Shown here piece after piece: positions 57,619 through 64,000 of a stretch of 64,000 nucleotides of DNA. The notes below the pieces were generated by a model. The model searched no databases and had not been told where the DNA came from. It worked only from the letters and a program-made list of their open reading frames with translations. Position numbers and translations under genes: made by a program. Numbering within the stretch: the stretch's first letter is position 1; the number at the start of each line of letters is the position of its first letter. The stretch lies in IMG/VR virus record IMGVR_UViG_3300020048_000003, one strand, 5' to 3'. This DNA comes from a virus.

Positions 57619-57935
57619 ATATTATATTTTCTACATTCATATTCAAATTTCAAATCCATTGTGTACTTATCAAAATCTAAAATAGGTTCCCATTCATCTT
57701 CTGTTTCTTTAAACTTAGTATAAGTTGTTTCCCCTTTATGATGTCTACCAGTTGTAGAATAATGACCATAAGGAATTAAATCTGATGGTTCGCACCATAC
57801 TACCTCAGATTCGTGAATAAAGGTAACTCTATCAACCCAATAGTATGAGCGGTGAGCCGTTATACTCATATCTATTTTTGAATACCAGTATCTACCACCC
57901 CATTTATTTTGCCAATATGTTTTATCTTCTTCCAT
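57615..57935 (-). CDS. Fam-A-like protein (C-terminal ...ECRKYNI)
   Basis: C-terminal junction motif. Confidence 0.55.
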   Translation of the reverse strand: MEEDKTYWQNKWGGRYWYSKIDMSITAHRSYYWVDRVTFIHESEVVWCEPSDLIPYGHYSTTGRHHKGETTYTKFKETEDEWEPILDFDKYTMDLKFEYECRKYNI

Positions 57936-58115
57936 TTACAAAAATAAGGAATAGTTTTAAATAAAAAAACTATTCCTCATTTTCTTTTTTTAGTTGTTCT
58001 AACTTCTTTTTACGTAAGTATTGCTCTATGATTTTTAAATCTACTGTTTCAAGTATAGCATAAGGATCATATTCTTCCTCGACACCAACACCATCATCCC
58101 AAAAGAAACTATCTT

Positions 58116-58790
58116 CTATTCCCATATTACATCATTATTTTCTTTATTCCATTCAATTGTTAATGGTTGATTAGCATAATTATATTGCTCATTCAACACA
58201 GAAGCATTAAAGAAATGTGTGTTACCATTTGTGGTATATCCATAACCACTATGAACATGACCACAAACATGTATTTTTGGCTTAATTAAATCAATTCTTT
58301 CTCTCAATATCTCACAACCTTTATGAGAATTATCACCAATCATTGTGTCAAGATATCCAAATACAGGTCCATGAGTTATAAGTATGTCGGTATCAGCAGG
58401 AATTTGATTCCATTTATCAACCATTTCTTGGCTATTTCTTTCAATATTGAAAGCCCAATTTAAAAATTTTGGTTGATATGGTGAACCATATATTTTGACA
58501 AGATTAGGATGTTCACCAATATAAACAAAATCATCTTCAAGATAGATAACATCATATTCTTTTAGAAGTTCTTGAATTTTTGAAGGATTATCTTGAAAGA
58601 AAAAATCGTGATTACCAGCAACCAATATCTTATAAGTATATGGTAATTTATTATACCACTTTAAGAAGTTTTTTATCTCATGTTCATATCCCATGCTTGA
58701 TATATCACCAGCACATATAACTACATCACCACCAGGTAAATGTAGTTGTTTTTGTTTGTTGTGTGTGTCAGAGATAAAAGTTATTTTCAT
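58116..58790 (-). CDS. Calcineurin-like metallophosphoesterase
   Basis: MKITFISDTH...GDIS...GNHD...GHVH. Start set at the Met adjacent to the promoter motif. Confidence 0.8.
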   Translation of the reverse strand: MKITFISDTHNKQKQLHLPGGDVVICAGDISSMGYEHEIKNFLKWYNKLPYTYKILVAGNHDFFFQDNPSKIQELLKEYDVIYLEDDFVYIGEHPNLVKIYGSPYQPKFLNWAFNIERNSQEMVDKWNQIPADTDILITHGPVFGYLDTMIGDNSHKGCEILRERIDLIKPKIHVCGHVHSGYGYTTNGNTHFFNASVLNEQYNYANQPLTIEWNKENNDVIWE

Positions 58791-58805
58791 AAGGCAAAGA
58801 TAGGG
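58791..58805 (-). promoter_or_regulatory. Conserved promoter element (CCCTATCTTTGCCTT) abutting the ATG (leaderless)
   Basis: aaggcaaagataggg lies immediately 5' of the 58790 start. Confidence 0.5.
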
Positions 58806-58824
58806 AATTAATTTAAAAGAAAAA

Positions 58825-58851
58825 AGCCGCAATTTTACTTGCGGCTTTTTT
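58825..58851. terminator. Bidirectional intrinsic terminator
   Basis: aaaaaagccgcaattttacttgcggctttttt. Confidence 0.7.
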
Positions 58852-59078
58852 AGACAAAAACAGAATAATCAAAAGTACTCAATAAACCAGCATTCAATAG
58901 TATTTATATCTAAAAAAATTTCAATAGTTTAATAAAAGTTACCCTCGTGTCTCCAATAAGTAACGAATAAACTTATTTGATAATCAACATTGCGTTACCC
59001 CCGTGTCTCCAGTAAGTAACTTTATATAGTTTTTGTTTTTAGTTAAAAATTAGTTGTTACTAGTTATTGTTTCAATCA
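58852..59078 (-). ncRNA. Candidate about 230-nt non-coding transcript (promoter to terminator, no ORF) carrying two 27-nt direct repeats GTTACCCYCGTGTCTCCARTAAGTAAC
   Basis: The promoter motif at 59081-59096 points leftward and a terminator sits at 58825-58851. The repeats lie at 58938-58964 and 58994-59020, each with 5-bp inverted ends (GTTAC/GTAAC). The ORF track lists no ORF here. Confidence 0.4.
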
Positions 59079-59080
59079 GA

Positions 59081-59096
59081 GTACAAAGATAGGGAA
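59081..59096 (-). promoter_or_regulatory. Conserved promoter element (GTTCCCTATCTTTGTAC)
   Basis: gtacaaagatagggaac. Confidence 0.5.
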
Positions 59097-59212
59097 CATT
59101 CTTGAATAAAAAAAATTATTTGAAAAAATAATTAAACAATCTGTAAATAGTTAGTAATATGCCTGTTATAAACAATATTATAGCACTATATGCGATTGTG
59201 TTGAATATTCCT

Positions 59213-59407
59213 TTACCTGTTATTTTCTTCATGTGCTTTATCCATTAAATATTTTGCAAACCATAGTCCATATACTACACTTATCGTTAATAGAATAAAC
59301 CAAATCCAAGTGTTATTCTTGATTGCTATGTTACCTAATGATAGACCTAATAATAGTCCCATAAATAAGTGTATTGATTCTAAAAATTTTTCTATTTTCT
59401 TTCTCAT
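59213..59407 (-). CDS. Small membrane protein (2 TM)
   Basis: Hydrophobic helices. Confidence 0.5.
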   Translation of the reverse strand: MRKKIEKFLESIHLFMGLLLGLSLGNIAIKNNTWIWFILLTISVVYGLWFAKYLMDKAHEENNR

Positions 59408-59420
59408 ATTACTTGATTTG

Positions 59421-59579
59421 TTAAGATATTAAACTAACTGCTAACCAAATCAATCCACAAATTACAAGAGCAAGTACAAATGTACCTAATGCAATTAAAA
59501 AACTAGTTTGAACCATCATTCCAACAAATATTACACCGAATACTAAAGCTAGTATAAACCAACCAAAAAATTTTTTCAT
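59421..59579 (-). CDS. Unlisted 52-aa membrane mini-protein (MKKFFGWFILALVFGVIF...)
   Basis: Hand translation; ATGA overlap with the upstream gene. Confidence 0.4.
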   Translation of the reverse strand: MKKFFGWFILALVFGVIFVGMMVQTSFLIALGTFVLALVICGLIWLAVSLIS

Positions 59580-59938
59580 CTTACTGTTATTACGTTTTTA
59601 TTTGTTAATTTATTTATATAATCCTTTACAAGGTAAAATCCATCACTAACATTTGAATGTTGATTATCATATTTACAATAAAGTAATTTTTTAAATTCAC
59701 CTTTTGATATACTATTCCATTCATCACGAATCTTATCAATATCTGATATACGAATAACAATGTCATAATCGTAAATACCATCCACATATTTATCAATAAC
59801 AGCAACCATAGAATCGTTATTTTTAGTGATAAATTTCGTTAATTTATTTTTCATTGTACCTAATCTAATGGTATTGAATAAAACTACACCAAAAGCTACT
59901 GCGGCACCTAAAGCGGCTAAAATTAATAAGATTGTCAT
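59576..59938 (-). CDS. N-terminally TM-anchored protein
   Basis: MTILLILAALGAAVAFGVVLF. Confidence 0.55.
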   Translation of the reverse strand: MTILLILAALGAAVAFGVVLFNTIRLGTMKNKLTKFITKNNDSMVAVIDKYVDGIYDYDIVIRISDIDKIRDEWNSISKGEFKKLLYCKYDNQHSNVSDGFYLVKDYINKLTNKNVITVR

Positions 59939-59939
59939 G

Positions 59940-60170
59940 TTATTTTACTTTTAGTTTCTTTATTACATTTATTGTAAACCAGATTATTCCAATGCCATAT
60001 ACACCGAGAAAAATTGTTGCTACTGTGTTTGGAGCGCCATTAAAAAATCCTAAATTGAATCCCAATTTTAGTATTGCAAAAGAATACATTAAATATGTAA
60101 CAATTGCAATAAGTAGCATACCTTTGTAAAAGATTCTACCTTGTTCATTTAATACCCTTTTCTCTTTCAT
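59940..60170 (-). CDS. Small membrane protein (2-3 TM)
   Basis: Promoter motif 10 nt upstream; the antisense ORF 59932..60129 is rejected. Confidence 0.5.
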   Translation of the reverse strand: MKEKRVLNEQGRIFYKGMLLIAIVTYLMYSFAILKLGFNLGFFNGAPNTVATIFLGVYGIGIIWFTINVIKKLKVK

Positions 60171-60183
60171 AGTTTTGAATTAG

Positions 60184-60199
60184 AATACAAAGATAGGGA
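60184..60199 (-). promoter_or_regulatory. Conserved promoter element (CTTCCCTATCTTTGTAT)
   Basis: atacaaagatagggaag. Confidence 0.5.
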
Positions 60200-60219
60200 A
60201 GTTTTTTGAAATAAAAAAA

Positions 60220-61095
60220 TTATCTACAATTAAATACATCTTGTCTTGGAACACCACCAAATAATAATATTAAAGCATTACCAAAACTTTCTTTATAAGG
60301 AGTACCATTATCTCTGGCTCTTATGTTTAATGTATACCTATCATTAGTTTTCATCCAAGTATTTATTGCTGATACATTATTGATTGTAATATCTCCTGAT
60401 GTACCATTAATTTTAAATGCTGTTGAATAGTTACCAGACATTATATAATAATTCAAGGTTTGAATTGTTGTATTTTTATTATCAGGATCTGTTGCAATCA
60501 TTTTACCTATAAGTTTACCATTAGTCATATTAAGTATTCTAATGGTTCTCATAGTATCTGCTAAAATCACAGTATTACCGTTTACTTTTGTTGAATATCT
60601 CAACCTAACGACTAACATGTATCTCCAGCCATAAGCATCAATAGCTGTTTGATTGTTGATAAAGATTGCACCGACATTAGGATCAATGGTGAATGCTGTT
60701 GATGGATTACCAGACATTATATAAAAGTTGATAGATTGTCCATTTGGTACAGGATTGACCCTTATTTCATTAACTAATTTTGCATATTGTGGTGTAATAT
60801 TAAATGTAACCATTGAATCTCTTATGATTACATTATTTTTAGAATATCTCAATCTTATACTTAATGAATAATTCCAGCCATGTGAATTAATAGCATTCTG
60901 ATTGTTAATGAATAGTTCACCAGTTTTAGCATCTAATTTAAATGCTGTTGATGGATTACCAGACATTATATTAAAATTTAATGATTGTCCAGTAGGAATA
61001 GGATTAATTTTTACTTGCCCCATATATTTACCATTCTGAGAAAATACAGATGTGGTAAATAAAAGGGCAAATAAAAATAATACAAATTTATTCAT
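60220..61095 (-). CDS. Secreted protein with three about 95-aa cadherin-like repeats
   Basis: Signal peptide; internal repeat NPIPTGQSLNFNIMSGNPSTAF..D...G.(I/L)FINNQ.AI...GW.Y.L..RLRYS occurs three times; C-terminal ...NIRARDNGTP is a cadherin-type ARDxGxP motif. Confidence 0.55.
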   Translation of the reverse strand: MNKFVLFLFALLFTTSVFSQNGKYMGQVKINPIPTGQSLNFNIMSGNPSTAFKLDAKTGELFINNQNAINSHGWNYSLSIRLRYSKNNVIIRDSMVTFNITPQYAKLVNEIRVNPVPNGQSINFYIMSGNPSTAFTIDPNVGAIFINNQTAIDAYGWRYMLVVRLRYSTKVNGNTVILADTMRTIRILNMTNGKLIGKMIATDPDNKNTTIQTLNYYIMSGNYSTAFKINGTSGDITINNVSAINTWMKTNDRYTLNIRARDNGTPYKESFGNALILLFGGVPRQDVFNCR

Positions 61096-61097
61096 AA

Positions 61098-61694
61098 TTA
61101 AAATTTTACTTCTGGTGCTTTTTGTGCAGATTCATCAGCTTCAAAGTATGGAAGTTTGTCAAAACCTAACATACTTGCAAATAATACAACAGGGAACTTT
61201 CGCCTTGCATTATTATATTGATTTGCGGCTTCATTAAAATTCCTTCGTTCCACATTAATTCGGTTTTCTGTTCCTTCTAACTGTGCTTGTAATTGTAAGA
61301 AATTTTCATTTGCTTTTAAATTTGGATATTGTTCTACCGAAACTAACAATCTACTAAGAGTTGAACTCATTTCACTCTGAGCCTTTTGAAATTTAGCCAT
61401 TGCGTTAGCATCTAATTTTGAAGGATCTACATTAAGGGTTGTTTTTGTTGCGTTTGCCCTCTGTTCAATAACTCCAATAAGTGTTTTCTGTTCGTGGTCA
61501 GCATATCCCTTTACCACATTCACAAGGTTTGGAATAAGGTCCGCCCTTCGTTGATATGCTCCCTGAACATCTGCCCATTTGTTGTTTGCATTTTCTTGGA
61601 ATTTAACTAGTCCATTATATGAACCAATCACCCCCATAATTGCTAATCCAATTGCTCCTAATACTACAATTAATACAATCCATCCTGTTTTCAT
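61098..61694 (-). CDS. lemA: LemA family protein
   Basis: N-terminal TM then YNGLVKFQENANNKWADVQGAYQRRADLIPNLVNVVKGYADHE is the LemA signature. Confidence 0.8.
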   Translation of the reverse strand: MKTGWIVLIVVLGAIGLAIMGVIGSYNGLVKFQENANNKWADVQGAYQRRADLIPNLVNVVKGYADHEQKTLIGVIEQRANATKTTLNVDPSKLDANAMAKFQKAQSEMSSTLSRLLVSVEQYPNLKANENFLQLQAQLEGTENRINVERRNFNEAANQYNNARRKFPVVLFASMLGFDKLPYFEADESAQKAPEVKF

Positions 61695-61746
61695 AATTTT
61701 TCTGTTTTTAGTTTAAGTTATTTATATTTAATTTTTATTTAATTGT

Positions 61747-62229
61747 TTAAGATTTGATTGAATATGTGTTCAAAAATATTTTTCTTGCAACAATCCAAGT
61801 ATCTGTGCTATCAACCCTATCCTGACAAATAAAATCTCCCTCTTTACAGAATTGTCGCAATCCATCTTCATGTTGTTCACCATACTTTCCAAGTATATAT
61901 TCATTTTCTGAACCTATCATTTCTTTTGTGATTTCTACGCAATTTACAGCGTTGTCTGGTTTAGGATTACAGAGCATCCAACCATCTTTATCAATTTCTA
62001 CTACATCATATTTCTGAAGTAATTTCTTTGGCATTTGTTGCCAAACATCACCAGCCTCACCTAAGCAAATAACGACACCATCTTGTAAAGGTTCTTTACC
62101 TTCAATACAATCAACAAGAAATTTACTTGTTACTGACCTATCAACCATTATAGATATTAATGGTTTTGCTCTTACAGATTTAGTCTTAGATGCTAAATTC
62201 CATTTTTTTATTAGTGTTGTGTTTATCAT
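61747..62229 (-). CDS. Hypothetical protein
   Basis: 160-aa ORF. Confidence 0.5.
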   Translation of the reverse strand: MINTTLIKKWNLASKTKSVRAKPLISIMVDRSVTSKFLVDCIEGKEPLQDGVVICLGEAGDVWQQMPKKLLQKYDVVEIDKDGWMLCNPKPDNAVNCVEITKEMIGSENEYILGKYGEQHEDGLRQFCKEGDFICQDRVDSTDTWIVARKIFLNTYSIKS

Positions 62230-62576
62230 AATGATAATGAATTTATTTTTTGTAATTTTTGTTTCCTATATTCTGATAGAGTTATAAAATAAGTATTATA
62301 ACGTTCTATATTCCAACCATTCCAGAATCCAGTATTATTAAGGAGAAATTTATTACCTACCGTACCACCAAAGTAAGTTCTTACATATTCCGAAGGATAA
62401 TAAATATATATTGCATCAGGTGGATCAAATCTAAATTTATATCTATGTCCCTCTTTATATTTAAGAATAGATTTGATACAAACCAATTCTTCTCTTTCGT
62501 TTAATTTACCATTTAGAGCCACTTCCACCTCCTCCAAATTTACCGCCACCAAAGCCACCACTTTTACCTCCACCAC
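62226..62576 (-). CDS. Fam-B small protein (tail YRKQKLQKINSLSL); true start probably downstream of 62506
   Basis: The N-terminal 23 aa overlap the Gly-rich end of the TPM gene in another frame. Confidence 0.45.
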   Translation of the reverse strand: MVEVKVVALVAVNLEEVEVALNGKLNEREELVCIKSILKYKEGHRYKFRFDPPDAIYIYYPSEYVRTYFGGTVGNKFLLNNTGFWNGWNIERYNTYFITLSEYRKQKLQKINSLSL

Positions 62577-63222
62577 CTCTCATAAGTCCTAAAAACAACA
62601 ATTGAAGTGCCAAATCTGGTGAGAATATAAACAATATAATCCAAAGTACTATAATGATTATCCAAACATACCAAGGTACATTATCAATCATCCAACCAAT
62701 TATACTTTCTTCTTTTCCTTCTTCGTTTTTCTTTATTAATTCTTTATTAGTATCTTGTGAATATTCATAACCAATTTTGTTTTTTACTTTATCAATTACA
62801 TCAAGTGTACCTTCAAAATATTTACCTGGATATGCCTTCGTGACACTATCTTGAATCCCTTTTAGCCAACCATCTGGAAGATAACCCTCTAAACCATAAC
62901 CAGTTGAACACCATATAAGTTTTTTAGTTTTAGATACAACAATTAAAAGACCATTATCTACATCTTTTTTACCAATCCCCCAAGATTCTGCTGTTTTCTG
63001 TGAAAAATCAGCAATATCACTTTCAAAATCCGATACTGTTAACACAGCAATTTCAATTGAAGTTTCAGCCTCATAATCAGTAAGAATTTTTGTGAGTTGA
63101 GCATTTTGCTCTGGAGTGAAAACATTATCATAATCAGATACATAACCTTTACTTTTTGGTAAGGTTTGACTGAATGATAAGAAAGTTAATAAAATAAAGA
63201 AAAGTGTGATTAATTTTTTCAT
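62506..63222 (-). CDS. TPM-domain protein (TLP18.3/Psb32/MOLO-1 family phosphatase-like) with a C-terminal TM and Gly-rich tail
   Basis: Signal peptide MKKLITLFFILLTFLSFSQ; ..YVSDYDNVFTPEQ...IEIAVLTV...GIGKKDVDNGLLIVVSKTKKLIWCSTGYGLEG. It sits next to LemA, the typical LemA-TPM pairing. Confidence 0.75.
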   Translation of the reverse strand: MKKLITLFFILLTFLSFSQTLPKSKGYVSDYDNVFTPEQNAQLTKILTDYEAETSIEIAVLTVSDFESDIADFSQKTAESWGIGKKDVDNGLLIVVSKTKKLIWCSTGYGLEGYLPDGWLKGIQDSVTKAYPGKYFEGTLDVIDKVKNKIGYEYSQDTNKELIKKNEEGKEESIIGWMIDNVPWYVWIIIIVLWIILFIFSPDLALQLLFLGLMRGGGGKSGGFGGGKFGGGGSGSKW

Positions 63223-63241
63223 ATTTGAGAATGGTTTTGGA

Positions 63242-63568
63242 TTATACATTATATTTATCACAAGTAGCTTTATATTTTGCTTCATTTGCCTTAACAAGTG
63301 CAAAAGTTTTTGCCAATTCTTTGTTTACCTGATCATACAAACCAGAAGGAAAATCTGACATATTTCCCTTTTCATCAACTGTGATTTTTTTATCTTTCCA
63401 AAGAAAGTAATATTTATCAGTTACTTCGTTCAAAAGCATCTGATTACGAAATTTATTAAATTCGTGCTCATTGTTGATTAAGCCAACAAATTCACTTGTT
63501 TTTTCACCTGTGATTTTGTATGCCTCAACTTTTGGAGTCTTATATCTTTCAATTACAATTTCTTTCAT
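63242..63568 (-). CDS. Hypothetical protein
   Basis: Promoter motif 13 nt upstream. Confidence 0.55.
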   Translation of the reverse strand: MKEIVIERYKTPKVEAYKITGEKTSEFVGLINNEHEFNKFRNQMLLNEVTDKYYFLWKDKKITVDEKGNMSDFPSGLYDQVNKELAKTFALVKANEAKYKATCDKYNV

Positions 63569-63580
63569 GACTTTTTTATT

Positions 63581-63594
63581 TGATACTGCAAAGA
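63581..63594 (-). promoter_or_regulatory. Conserved promoter element (TTCCCTATCTTTGC)
   Basis: gcaaagatagggaa. Confidence 0.5.
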
Positions 63595-63610
63595 TAGGGA
63601 AAATATCCGA

Positions 63611-63973
63611 TTAAAAAATATTTTTAAGTTTATTTAATTTTTCCTTTCTGAGTAATGTTTCTATTTTTAAAGCTCGTGGTAGCTTATTGTGTATGAAATA
63701 TCTATCTAGATTATAGTAATAATGATTTAATTCTTCTTCCCATGATGTAACATTTAATAATTTTTCTCTTGTAAGTTCACCTGTATTATTTTCAAGTAAT
63801 ATTTTTACTTTATTTATAACATGTTGAACAACTTTTTGGTCTGATATAAAATGTTGATGTTCTGGATCCATGCTATCCAGAATCTTTTCAAATTCGGCAA
63901 TTAAATATTTATTATACTTTTCGTATATATCAGTAGGATATATAACGGAATTATCTTTATATACTGCTATCAT
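63611..63973 (-). CDS. Fam-B small protein (tail LRKEKLNKLKNIF)
   Basis: Tail. Confidence 0.6.
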   Translation of the reverse strand: MIAVYKDNSVIYPTDIYEKYNKYLIAEFEKILDSMDPEHQHFISDQKVVQHVINKVKILLENNTGELTREKLLNVTSWEEELNHYYYNLDRYFIHNKLPRALKIETLLRKEKLNKLKNIF

Positions 63974-64000
63974 TTATCTTATCTAATTTTAATTTTCTAT

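Noticed and set aside
58791-58832. Longer N-termini from the ORF track for the metallophosphoesterase (58832), the TPM protein (63303), the CYTH protein (27313) and the 5293..5697 ORF (a TTG start)
   Set aside because: The extensions run through promoter motifs or precede obvious signal-peptide or domain starts. I preferred internal ATGs that sit just downstream of the conserved promoter element.
1-64000. CRISPR array, suggested by the many evenly sized ~38-nt repeats
   Set aside because: The repeats are gene junctions lying inside coding sequence (stop/start overlaps). Spacing is irregular at 250-1400 bp, not 30-40 bp, and there are no cas genes. This is not a CRISPR array.
1-64000. tRNA, rRNA or tmRNA genes
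   Set aside because: I found no T-loop-like GTTCRANYC motifs with flanking acceptor-stem complementarity, and no GC-rich rRNA-like stretches. The few GC islands (57309-57403, 58938-59020) do not fold as cloverleaves by eye.
1-64000. Eukaryotic giant-virus (NCLDV) origin, suggested by AT-richness, ankyrin repeats, MVP and gmd
   Set aside because: Pervasive ATGA translational coupling, a Bacteroidetes-type TAnnTTTG promoter box, Rho-independent hairpin terminators, a GH73 FlgJ-like lysin, a REC domain, LemA/TPM, a C39 peptidase and an HNH endonuclease all point to a prokaryotic or phage context.

Overview
This is a 64 kb, very AT-rich window (roughly 25-28% GC by eye) that is almost entirely coding. 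I count about 140 genes in 18 alternating strand blocks. Most gene boundaries are 4-nt ATGA start/stop overlaps, or TTAA stop/stop overlaps at convergent boundaries. There are no rRNA or tRNA genes and no CRISPR array. Gene content includes an HNH endonuclease, a second homing-endonuclease-like nuclease, two DNA methyltransferases, a GH73 endolysin, an RNA-ligase-like nucleotidyltransferase and bacterial-type domains (REC, WbaP-like sugar transferase, LemA, TPM, C39 peptidase, vWA). A recurring TAnnTTTG (-7-type) promoter element sits a few nt upstream of start codons. Together these point to a large lytic phage or mobile element of a low-GC Bacteroidetes/Flavobacteriia-like host rather than a eukaryotic virus; this is inference. 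The dominant feature is two greatly expanded families of small proteins. Fam-A has about 51 copies, with a near-invariant N-terminus MKYIK(L/T)(F/Y)E and C-terminus (EEIEEFEF)…(N/K)KYNL. Each stop codon overlaps the next ATG inside a conserved ~38-nt junction AATAAATATAATTTATGAAATATATAAAAWYATTTGAA, giving tandem arrays of up to 12 genes on both strands. Fam-B has about 28 copies with variable bodies and a conserved basic C-terminal tail ..(I/L)RKEKLKK(L/I)K.., again translationally coupled. The variable interiors are small SH3-like (xVGDxV) barrels, ankyrin repeats or zinc ribbons. Interspersed among them are a Major Vault Protein homologue (809 aa), a sugar-modification cluster (gmd, TylF-like methyltransferase, fused glycosyltransferase-methyltransferase), a REC-fused phosphoglycosyl transferase, a tandem protein-kinase-like protein, a CYTH domain protein, a radical SAM/SPASM enzyme, an HD hydrolase, a LemA-TPM pair with a cadherin-like secreted protein, and a candidate promoter-to-terminator non-coding RNA carrying 27-nt direct repeats.
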